Shown in pieces: positions 56,314 to 64,000 of a stretch of DNA of 64,000 bases (its first letter is position 1; each line of letters opens with the position of its first letter). Origin of the DNA: an uncultured Chloroflexia bacterium. GTDB lineage: Bacteria > Chloroflexota > Limnocylindria > Limnocylindrales > CSP1-4. Position numbers and translations under genes: made by a program. The notes beneath the pieces were generated by a model. That model was not told the DNA's origin. It did not search any database and saw nothing but the letters and a program-made list of their open reading frames with translations. The stretch lies in NCBI GenBank assembly GCA_963731865.1, contig CAVSXG010000003.1, positions 363,596-427,595 on the forward strand, written 5' to 3'.

Positions 56314-57262
56314 CTAGCTGTTCTTGCCCGTCGGGTTGTTGACGGGCGCGCGGCTGATCGGCGGCTGCCCGGCCAAGCTCCAGTGTGGCCGACGGCGGTT
56401 ATAGAAGTCGATGAAGCGGCTGAGGGATGTCGTCCGCTCGGCGGTGGTGACAAACGGGCGAGCGTAGGCCCACTCGTGAAGCAGGGTCCGTACGAGACGC
56501 TCGGCCTTGCCATTGGTCTGGGGTCGATACGGCCGGGTTCGGCGATGGCCGATGCCAAGCTCGTCGCAGGCCTCGGCGAAGGCCTGGCTGCGGTACGGGC
56601 TGCCGTTGTCGGTCAGGACGCGCTCGACCGTCACGCCGTGGCTGGCATAGAAGCGCCACGCGCGACGAAGGAGGGCGGCGGTCGTCTCGGGGGACTCGTC
56701 GGCGAGCTCCTCCGCATACGCCAGGCGGCTGTGATCATCGATCGCCAGGTGGACCTGGTCCCAGCCGATCCTGCGGTGGCGAACCGCCTCGGAGCGGTCG
56801 TGGACCCGGTGACCGCCACCCTGGCCGATCCGGCCCAGACGCTTCGTGTCGAGGTGGACGAGCTCGCCCGGCCGAGCTCGCTCATAGCGGACCACCGCCG
56901 GTCGTGGGTCGAGGCGGTCCAGGCGACCGAGGCCCTGCCGGCGGAGAAGGGGCGTATACGGTCGAGCGAGCAAGGCCCGTCTCCCAGGCCAGGACGTGGG
57001 GTCCGACGCGAAGCGCCCGCCTGCGGGCGCATAGCTGAGCCACAAGTTCCGGTGGGTGGGCACGAGCCTGGCGGTGGACGGCGCTGGACCGATCGACCAG
57101 GCCAGACTCGCCCTCCCGCTGAAAGCGAGTCCACCACTTCGACCCCGTCTGGCGACTGATCCCAACGGCCCGCGCCGCCCGGGTGATCGTCCAGCCTGAT
57201 GAGATCGGATCGACCAGGAGCCGCCGACCCAACGGGGTAAGACGGGCACTAGCATGGGCCAT
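56314..57262 (-). CDS. IS481-family DDE transposase, with one +1 frameshift near 56950
   Basis: HASARLTP.GR, RYER.RPGEL.HLDTK, IDDHSR, TDNG and PQTNGKAER. Confidence 0.9.
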
Positions 57263-57350
57263 GAGGGTCCCTTCCTCGACTGCGGCTTCGACACCTGCAG
57301 CCGAACGATAGGGGCCCTCAGCCCGTCAACAACCCGATTGGGAACCTCAG
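56318..57350 (-). mobile_element. IS481-family insertion sequence (1033 bp) flanked by duplicated CTAG
   Basis: 30-bp imperfect terminal IRs at 56318-56347 and 57321-57350 (24/30); CTAG at 56314-56317 and 57351-57354. Confidence 0.9.
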
Positions 57351-58142
57351 CTAGGCCGCGATCCCGGCGACACCCAGGAGCTGCGGCAGCACGGTCCCGA
57401 ACAGGTATCCCGCGATCCCCGCGACCGCCGCCAGGGTCAGGATCTCGAGCCCGGAAGACAGCGCGGACCGATGGGTCCAGCGGCTCTTCACGACGCCGAT
57501 CCCGAACAACGCCATCCCGGTCGCGATGGCTGCACCTGGAAGGGCGGCCCAGACCGGCAGGACCAGGAATGGGATCACCGGGATCGCGGCCCCGAGGCCG
57601 AACGCGCCGCCCATCAGGATGGCGCCGCGGAGCACGCCGCCGTGCTCCGCATCGACCTGGATGCCCAGCTCCTTGCTGACCATCGTCCGGAGCAGCACCT
57701 CGGGATGGCGGGCCAGGATCGCGGCGACGCGCTGGGCGTCGTCGTCGCCCAGGCCCTCCTCCGCCAGCATGAAGGCGACCTCGGCCTCCGCTTCCCCAGG
57801 CCGATCCTCGACTTCGGTGCGTTCGCCCGCCACCTGGGCGTCGAAGATCTCACGCTGGCTCTTGGAACCGATGTACTCGCCGGCGGCCATGCTGAAGACG
57901 CCCGCGAGACCGGTCGCAACGCCCGCGACGACGATGGGAAATGCCTGACCGTACGCGCCCGCGACGGTCGCGACCACGGCGAGTGTCGAGACCAGTCCGT
58001 CCTGCGCGCCGAAGACGATCTCCCGGATCTCGCTGAGGATCGAGCTTGCCTGGCGTTCCTCGGCCAGGTGCTGCTCGAGCCATTCCTGCGGGTATGCCGC
58101 GGCCGGCGCATCCACGGGCGGTCGTTCGGTTGTGGTCGTCAT
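57351..58142 (-). CDS. VIT1/CCC1-family Fe/Mn transporter
   Basis: FGAQDGLVS, SMAAGEY and KELG. Confidence 0.88.
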   Translation of the reverse strand: MTTTTERPPVDAPAAAYPQEWLEQHLAEERQASSILSEIREIVFGAQDGLVSTLAVVATVAGAYGQAFPIVVAGVATGLAGVFSMAAGEYIGSKSQREIFDAQVAGERTEVEDRPGEAEAEVAFMLAEEGLGDDDAQRVAAILARHPEVLLRTMVSKELGIQVDAEHGGVLRGAILMGGAFGLGAAIPVIPFLVLPVWAALPGAAIATGMALFGIGVVKSRWTHRSALSSGLEILTLAAVAGIAGYLFGTVLPQLLGVAGIAA

Positions 58143-58244
58143 CGGTTCAGGATGCCACGATCGTCGCTCGCAACCCAACCTCGGAGACAGAGCCGGGTTT
58201 CGAAAGCCGCAACCCGAGATCAGCGCCCGCTCGGCTGATCTGGG

Positions 58245-59207
58245 CTAGCTTGCCGTGTCTGCCGTCGCCGCACCAACGAGCGTTCCGGCCGCCCCGCCGC
58301 CCCTTCGTCTCGCACTGCGCGCCAGGACGGCCTGGCCGACGATCAGGATCGTGAGGGTCAGGAGGAGCATCATCGCAGCCACGGCATTTGTCTCTGGCGA
58401 CACGCCGCGCTTGACCTGACCGAATACGAAAAGCGGCAGAGTCGAGGACCCTGGTCCCGAGACGAATGAGGTGATGACGTAATCGTCGAAGCTGAACGTG
58501 AACGCCAAGAGGAAGCCAGCTACGATCGCTGGCAGCAACTGAGGCAGCGTGATCTGCCGGAAGGTCCTCCATGGCGTGGCGTACAGGTCGGCGGACGCTT
58601 CGACCTGCGTCCGGTCCATCGTCGACAGCCGGGCACGGACCAGCAGCAGGACGAGGCTCGTGTTGAACAGGACATGCGCCGCGACGATCGTCGCGTGTCC
58701 GAGACCGAGCTTGAATCCGCCTGTCTCGCCACCCTGGATCGTCACGAGGATCGGATTGATGACATCAAAGGCTGATGCGAACAGGACGAGGGTAGATAGC
58801 GCGATGACGACCTCGGGGACGATGATGCTTACATAGGTCAGCCCGTCGAAGCCCAGGCGAACGTGCCTGGAAACTCGTTGAAGCCCGAGCGCGGCCATCG
58901 TGCCGAAGGTGGTTGCAAGGATCGCGTTCGGAACCGCGACCAGGAAGCTGTTGACGAGCGCCCGCTGGACCGTCCGGTCGTTGAGCGCAACGGCGTACCA
59001 CTCGGTCGAGAATCCGGTCCAGATCGTCGCGAGACGATTCGAATTGAAGCTGAAGATCACCACGATCAGGATCGGGAGGTACAGGAATAGATAGACCAAT
59101 GCGGTATGCGCCCGGAGCCAGACCTCCACGGCTTGCGCCCTGCGGTCGACCCGTGGGAGGACGCGTCCAGCTCCCCGATGGGTAACCGTGATCGCGGGAG
59201 CGCTCAC
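58245..59207 (-). CDS. Polyamine ABC permease (PotC-like)
   Basis: FLYLPI, FSFN, EASADL and SFDDYV. Confidence 0.85.
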   Translation of the reverse strand: MSAPAITVTHRGAGRVLPRVDRRAQAVEVWLRAHTALVYLFLYLPILIVVIFSFNSNRLATIWTGFSTEWYAVALNDRTVQRALVNSFLVAVPNAILATTFGTMAALGLQRVSRHVRLGFDGLTYVSIIVPEVVIALSTLVLFASAFDVINPILVTIQGGETGGFKLGLGHATIVAAHVLFNTSLVLLLVRARLSTMDRTQVEASADLYATPWRTFRQITLPQLLPAIVAGFLLAFTFSFDDYVITSFVSGPGSSTLPLFVFGQVKRGVSPETNAVAAMMLLLTLTILIVGQAVLARSARRRGGGAAGTLVGAATADTAS

Positions 59208-59214
59208 TTCGTCA

Positions 59215-60104
59215 TCACAGGACGCTGACCTCGCGGCTCTTTCGGCCGCGGTTGACGAACAAGAGGTATGCGCTGATCGTCAAGAACATGAGGGCGATGA
59301 GCCCAACTGCTTTGGCGGCCCCGGCGGGCCAATTGCGGAACTCGAGGAAGTCGAGGACGAGCGCATTGCCGACGAGGAACACGCGCCCGTAGCCCAGGAT
59401 CTGCGGGATGACGTACTCGCCCATCATCGGGATGAAGACGAGGATGCTGCCGGTGACGAGCCCCGGCAACGCGATGGGAAGCGTGATCTGGCGGAAGGTC
59501 GCCCAGCGACCCGCACCAAGATCCTTCGAGGCCTCGACGAGCGTGCGGTCCATCCGTTCGAGCGTGACGTAGAGCGGAAACACCATGAGCGGCAGGTAGC
59601 CGTAGACGAGTCCGATGCCGACGCCTACCGGAGTGCCGAGGATCCTGAAGCTGCTGTCGCCAACCAGGTCTCCGATCCACCCGCCCAGAACACCCGGCCC
59701 AAGCACGATCAGCCACGCGTAGGTCCGGATCAGGAAACTCGTCCAGAAAGGGATTACCAACAGAGAATCAGGAGGCTTTTGCGCCCCCCTGCCCGGGTCG
59801 CGATGAAGTAGGCGAGCGGAAGCGCGACCAGCAGGCATGCGATCGTGCCAGCAGACGCCATGACGAGGCTGGTGATGAACGGGTCGATCTTCTCGACCGC
59901 GTTCTGATAGTTGTCGAGCCCAAAGCCCGGCACGTACCCGCCATTTGGTCCTCGGCTGCCGAACGAAAAGAGCACGACGATGACCATCGGCGCGACCAGC
60001 AGGAGCACGTACCACAGTCCGGCCGGCAACAGGAGGACGGACGTCAGGAGGACTGACCGCCATCTTCCGCGCGAGGCCGGTCGTGGCTTCGCCGCGCTGG
60101 TCAT
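59215..60104 (-). CDS. Polyamine ABC permease (PotB-like), with a frameshift near 59765
   Basis: PFWTS.LIRTYAW, YLPLMVFP and EASKDLGA. Confidence 0.85.
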
Positions 60105-60134
60105 CAGAGTCCCGGGTGCTGCGCGAGGCTCCCC

Positions 60135-61340
60135 TCAGCTGCCGATGTTCGACTTGAATTCGGCCCAGATATCGTTGCGTTGCTGCACGCCCGAGTGATC
60201 GAGGCTCCCCTCGAGGTTTGCAACGACTGCGTCAGCAGGGAATATGGCCGGGTCGTTCTGGACCTCATCCGGAAGGAGCTCCTTGGCCGCATCGTTCGCC
60301 GTTGCGTAACCGTTGGAGATCGTCTCCTCCGCCTGGATCGCGGGTTCGTGGATGAAGTTCAGCCACGCGTACGCGGCGTTCGGGTTCGGGGCGTCGGTCA
60401 GCAATGTCCAGACATCCATCCAGAACAACCCGCCCTCGCTCATTTCGGTATATGTGGCGTCAGCAGTGTCAGGGTTTGCCTTGAGGTCGACGAGAGGCCC
60501 CGACCAACCCAGGACCAGGGCGGCCTCCTCTGAGGCCAACTTGTCGTCGTAGTTGTCGGAGTCCAGGGCGAGCAAGTGGGGCGCGAGTTCGAGGAGGATG
60601 TCGCCGGCTTCCTTGAGATGCGCTGGGTCGTTGTCGTTGAGCGAGTAACCGAGCATCTTGAGCGGGAACGGAAATACGTCGCCCATCGAGTCAACGAAGA
60701 CGACCTTGCCCGAGTACTTGCCTTTCGTGAGCTCGTAGAATTCCCGCCAGGACGTGACTGGCTCAGAAACCAGCTTCGTCCGGTACATCACGCCGGTGGT
60801 GCCAAGATCCTTGGGGACGATGTACTCGTTGTTTGGGTCCCATGCCGTGTTCCGGTATGCGGCGTTGATGAACTCGTAGTTCGGGATCCTTGACAGGTCG
60901 AGCTTCTGGAGGTAGCCAGCCTCGATCATGCCGGGGACGTACTCCGCCGTTGGGCAGCAGATGTCGTAGCCGGGGTTGCCGCCGGCAGCCTGGAGCTTCG
61001 CGAGGAGTTCTTCGTTGCTCGCAAAAATGTCCTCGGAATAGGCGACGCCGGTGCGCGCCGTAAACTCGGCGATGTTCTTCGGCGATACGTACTCGGACCA
61101 GTTGTACGTCAGTAGCTCGGCTTCGAGCTCGAAGCTCGCAACAGCGCTCCCGGCGGCTGACGCGGCCGCCGATGCCGCGGACGCCGCGGCCGACGGCGCG
61201 GTCGATGCCCCACCGGGCGAGCTGCATGCGGCGAGCGCCGCCGACGCTCCCGTCAGGCCCGCCGCCGCCAGGAATCCTCGCCGGTTGACCTTGGTATGGG
61301 CCATCCGGCGAAGCAGCGCGTCCAGATCCCGTTCAGCCAT
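60135..61340 (-). CDS. Polyamine ABC solute-binding protein (PotD-like), Tat lipoprotein
   Basis: RRGFL Tat motif, LAAC lipobox, YNWSEY, SNEELLAKL and AYAWLNF. Confidence 0.88.
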   Translation of the reverse strand: MAERDLDALLRRMAHTKVNRRGFLAAAGLTGASAALAACSSPGGASTAPSAAASAASAAASAAGSAVASFELEAELLTYNWSEYVSPKNIAEFTARTGVAYSEDIFASNEELLAKLQAAGGNPGYDICCPTAEYVPGMIEAGYLQKLDLSRIPNYEFINAAYRNTAWDPNNEYIVPKDLGTTGVMYRTKLVSEPVTSWREFYELTKGKYSGKVVFVDSMGDVFPFPLKMLGYSLNDNDPAHLKEAGDILLELAPHLLALDSDNYDDKLASEEAALVLGWSGPLVDLKANPDTADATYTEMSEGGLFWMDVWTLLTDAPNPNAAYAWLNFIHEPAIQAEETISNGYATANDAAKELLPDEVQNDPAIFPADAVVANLEGSLDHSGVQQRNDIWAEFKSNIGS

Positions 61341-61381
61341 GTCGTGCCTCCTCCAGCCCGTTCATCCGGGCACTGTCGAAC

Positions 61382-62572
61382 TCAACCCACGAGAACGAGA
61401 TTGGCCTCCTCCCGCCAACGGACCGTGACCGGGTCCCCCGGCCCCAGGCCCTGTCCCGCCCCCGCGCCCATGGCGTTCTGACGACGGACGATCAACTCGC
61501 CCGCCCCATCTGTTTGCACCCTGTACTCGGTCTGATCGCCGATGTAGGTGCCCTGGTGGATCCGTCCCGAGACGGCGGTCCAACCCGCCGCCGTCTCCGC
61601 GTCCTGCGGTCCGACCTCGAGGCGCTCGGGCCGGGTCACGACCGTCACCGCCTGTCCAACCGTCGGGCTGACCGACGCGTCGGTGACCCAGCCGCGCAAC
61701 GCGAGGTCGCGATCCGTGCGGACGACGACGCGACCCCCGTCGCCCTCGACCGTCTCGATCGTCCCGGACATGAAGTTGGACGAGCCGATGAAATCGGCGA
61801 CGAACCGCGTGATCGGTCGCTCGTACAGCTCGGTTGGGCCGCCCAGTTGCTGGATCAGCCCGTCACGCATGACCACGATCACGTCGCTCATGGTCAGGGC
61901 CTCCTCCTGGTCGTGGGTCACGTACACGAACGTGATCCCGACCTCCCGCTGGAGGGCCTTGAGCTCGAGCTGCATCTCCTTGCGGAGCTTGAGATCGAGC
62001 GCCCCGAGGGGTTCGTCCAGGAGCAATACCGTGGGTCGGTTGACGAGCGCGCGAGCCAGTGCGACCCGCTGCTGCTGGCCGCCCGACATCTCCCACGTGC
62101 GCCGTCGCTCATACCCGGTCAGGCGGACGAGCGCCAGCGCCTCGGCAACCCGTCGCTTCTCCTCGGCCTTGTCCGTGCCACGCTGGCGCAGCCCGTAGCC
62201 CACGTTCTGGGCCACGTCCATGTGGGGGAACAACGCGTAGTGCTGGAACACCGTGTTGACATTGCGCCGGTACGGCGGCACGCCGGCAATTGGCTTGCCC
62301 GCCAGCAGGATCTCGCCCTCGGTCGGCTGCTCGAACCCCGCGATCATGCGTAGGGTCGTCGTCTTGCCGCAGCCCGACGGGCCAAGGATCGAGTAGAACT
62401 CCCCATGGGCGATCCGCAGGTTCATCCGGTCGACGGCCACGACGTCGCCAAACCGCTTCGTGACGTCGAGGATCTCCACGTCCGGTGGCGCATCCGATGG
62501 ATCCGGGGCGGCCCCAGCTCGCGCGTTCGCGGCGCCGGTAGCCAGGTCAGCGGGCGTCGGGGAGGCGATCAA
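61382..62572 (-). CDS. Polyamine ABC ATP-binding protein (PotA-like)
   Basis: GPSGCGKTT, NTVFQHYALFPH, SGGQQQR, LDEPLGALDLKLR and a TOBE-like tail. Confidence 0.9.
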   Translation of the reverse strand: MIASPTPADLATGAANARAGAAPDPSDAPPDVEILDVTKRFGDVVAVDRMNLRIAHGEFYSILGPSGCGKTTTLRMIAGFEQPTEGEILLAGKPIAGVPPYRRNVNTVFQHYALFPHMDVAQNVGYGLRQRGTDKAEEKRRVAEALALVRLTGYERRRTWEMSGGQQQRVALARALVNRPTVLLLDEPLGALDLKLRKEMQLELKALQREVGITFVYVTHDQEEALTMSDVIVVMRDGLIQQLGGPTELYERPITRFVADFIGSSNFMSGTIETVEGDGGRVVVRTDRDLALRGWVTDASVSPTVGQAVTVVTRPERLEVGPQDAETAAGWTAVSGRIHQGTYIGDQTEYRVQTDGAGELIVRRQNAMGAGAGQGLGPGDPVTVRWREEANLVLVG

Positions 62573-62733
62573 TCAAGGCCCTCGCGGTGCAGATCGGCGC
62601 TCGGGACGTGCTGTAGCGGCGCTACAGGATCGCTGCATGGTACGGGCGAGGGAGGCGACCGTCAACGCGGAATCGGTGCGAATCTCGCAGTGACTCGGAC
62701 GGAAACGCAACCGCGTCGAACCGTGGCTGTACC

Positions 62734-62752
62734 TATACTTCAGTTTCTTGAA
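62734..62752 (+). promoter_or_regulatory. -10 box with an overlapping TTCA-N6-TGAA palindrome, candidate autoregulatory operator
   Basis: TATACT at 62734-62739; TTCAGTTTCTTGAA at 62739-62752. Confidence 0.45.
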
Positions 62753-62775
62753 GCCAGTCTGCGGAGGGGCGGTCG

Positions 62776-63330
62776 ATGGCCACGGAGCTCCAACTCGGCG
62801 CACGGATCCGCGCCCTCCGGCAGGCCCGTCGGCTGACCCTGCGGGACGTGTCCGAACGCGCGGGCGTGACCGAGAGTTTCCTCTCGCAGGTGGAGCGCGA
62901 CGTGACGAGCCCGTCGATCGCGACGGTGCAGCGGATCGCGCACGCGCTCGACCTCTCGATCGCGCAGCTGTTCGCCGAAGAACCCGCGACGGGCCGGGTC
63001 GTCCGGCGCGAGGCACGCCGACGGGTCACGTACCCGGGGCTCAAGGCCGTCGACGAGTTCCTGACGACGAACATGGCGGGCAAGCTCCAGGTCATCCTCT
63101 CGACGATCGAGCCGGGCGGGGGTACCGGCGCGGAGCCGTATACGCACGACTCGGACGAGGAGGTGGTCGTGGTGCTGGCCGGCGTCCTCGATCTGTGGGT
63201 CGGTGACGAGCACTACGTCCTGCGCGAAGGCGACGCGATCACGTTCCCGTCGCGGCTCCCACACTGGAACATGAACCACGGCGATGTCCCCGTGTCGGTC
63301 CTGTTCTGCGTCACGCCGCCAAGTTTCTAG
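62776..63330 (+). CDS. XRE-cupin transcriptional regulator (PuuR-like)
   Basis: N-terminal HTH (LSQVER..PS) plus cupin (H..EE, L.EGD, PH); divergent from the pot genes. Confidence 0.88.
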   Translation: MATELQLGARIRALRQARRLTLRDVSERAGVTESFLSQVERDVTSPSIATVQRIAHALDLSIAQLFAEEPATGRVVRREARRRVTYPGLKAVDEFLTTNMAGKLQVILSTIEPGGGTGAEPYTHDSDEEVVVVLAGVLDLWVGDEHYVLREGDAITFPSRLPHWNMNHGDVPVSVLFCVTPPSF

Positions 63331-63361
63331 CGCGTTGAACCGACCCTAGAATGGAGCCCGC

Positions 63362-64000
63362 ATGTATGCCGTGATCATGGCCGGCGGCGGCGGGACGCGG
63401 CTCCACCCGTTGAGCCGGCCCGAACGACCGAAGCCGTTCCTGCCGCTGGTCGACGACGGCTCGCTCCTGCAGGCGACGGTTGCTCGACTCGAGGGCGTCA
63501 CGGACGACGTGACGGTGGTCACGGACCGGCGCTACGAGCGACTCGTCCGATCCCAGCTGCCGGGCGTGGCGGTCCTCACCGAACCGCTTGGACGGAATAC
63601 GGCGGCCGCGATCGCCCTCGCAGCCCTGGCCATCGACCGGCCCGAGGATGCGGTGATGCTGGTCCTCCCGGCGGACCACACAGTCGAGCGCGGCGACGCA
63701 TTCGGTGGCGTGCTCCGCGGCGCCGAGCACCTCGCGATGGGCGCGTTCGGGATCGACGACCCGCTCGTGACGCTCGGCATCGAGGTCGATCGTCCGGCCA
63801 TCGAGTATGGCTACCTGATCCCGGACCTGCAGCGTGGGGCCGATGCTCACGGGCTCCGGGCCTACCCGCTCCAGCGCTTCGAGGAGAAACCCAGGCCGGC
63901 ACGAGCGGACGAGCTCGCCGAGCAGACCGGTGTCGCCTGGAACGCCGGGATCTTCCTGTGGCGACGGCGCGCGATCACGGCGGCGCTCGGCCGCTACACC
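63362..64000 (+). CDS. manC: Mannose-1-phosphate guanylyltransferase-like protein, truncated by the window end
   Basis: MYAVIMAGGGGTRLHPLSR..RPK.F, EP.GRNTA, PADH, F.EKP and WNAGIF. Confidence 0.88.
   Translation, partial: MYAVIMAGGGGTRLHPLSRPERPKPFLPLVDDGSLLQATVARLEGVTDDVTVVTDRRYERLVRSQLPGVAVLTEPLGRNTAAAIALAALAIDRPEDAVMLVLPADHTVERGDAFGGVLRGAEHLAMGAFGIDDPLVTLGIEVDRPAIEYGYLIPDLQRGADAHGLRAYPLQRFEEKPRPARADELAEQTGVAWNAGIFLWRRRAITAALGRYT

Noticed and set aside
58143-58244. Metal-sensing riboswitch upstream of the VIT1 transporter
   Set aside because: Only two simple hairpins follow the potC stop, consistent with a terminator; there is no yybP-ykoY or NiCo consensus.

Overview
High-GC bacterial chromosomal segment. 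Gene content suggests a Chloroflexota such as Ca. Limnocylindria; this is inference and was not searched. It reads like a long-read assembly with about a dozen single-base indels, nearly all +1, which split or falsely fuse genes. Most of it is housekeeping: gap-pgk-eno; rpsT, lepA, hemW; CIRCE-hrcA-grpE-dnaK, then dnaJ-prmA; HIT, rpsU-yqeY-pgpH-ybeY, pth-mfd; a GntR/GH4/ABC/deacetylase/kinase amino-sugar locus; apt-mtnA-GNAT-ahcY through metK; an IS481-family element; a potABCD-like ABC system; and a truncated manC. The most notable unexplained signal is a family of oriented 33-34 bp imperfect palindromes (TTY-GTGMCARATG-N13-CAYYYGTCAC, often with internal AGGCGGR). It occurs in three separate clusters (15.3, 37.8 and 45.5 kb), each containing a pair spaced 7 bp apart. 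One cluster overlaps the 3' end of an XRE-HTH/PD-(D/E)xK nuclease gene, making it a candidate REP-like repeat plus nuclease system. Other oddities are a ~218-aa S20 with a histone-H1-like tail, a split-barrel::MenA fusion, an MtnA with an RRxFF N-terminal extension, a CTG-start GH4 gene and several apparently leaderless genes.
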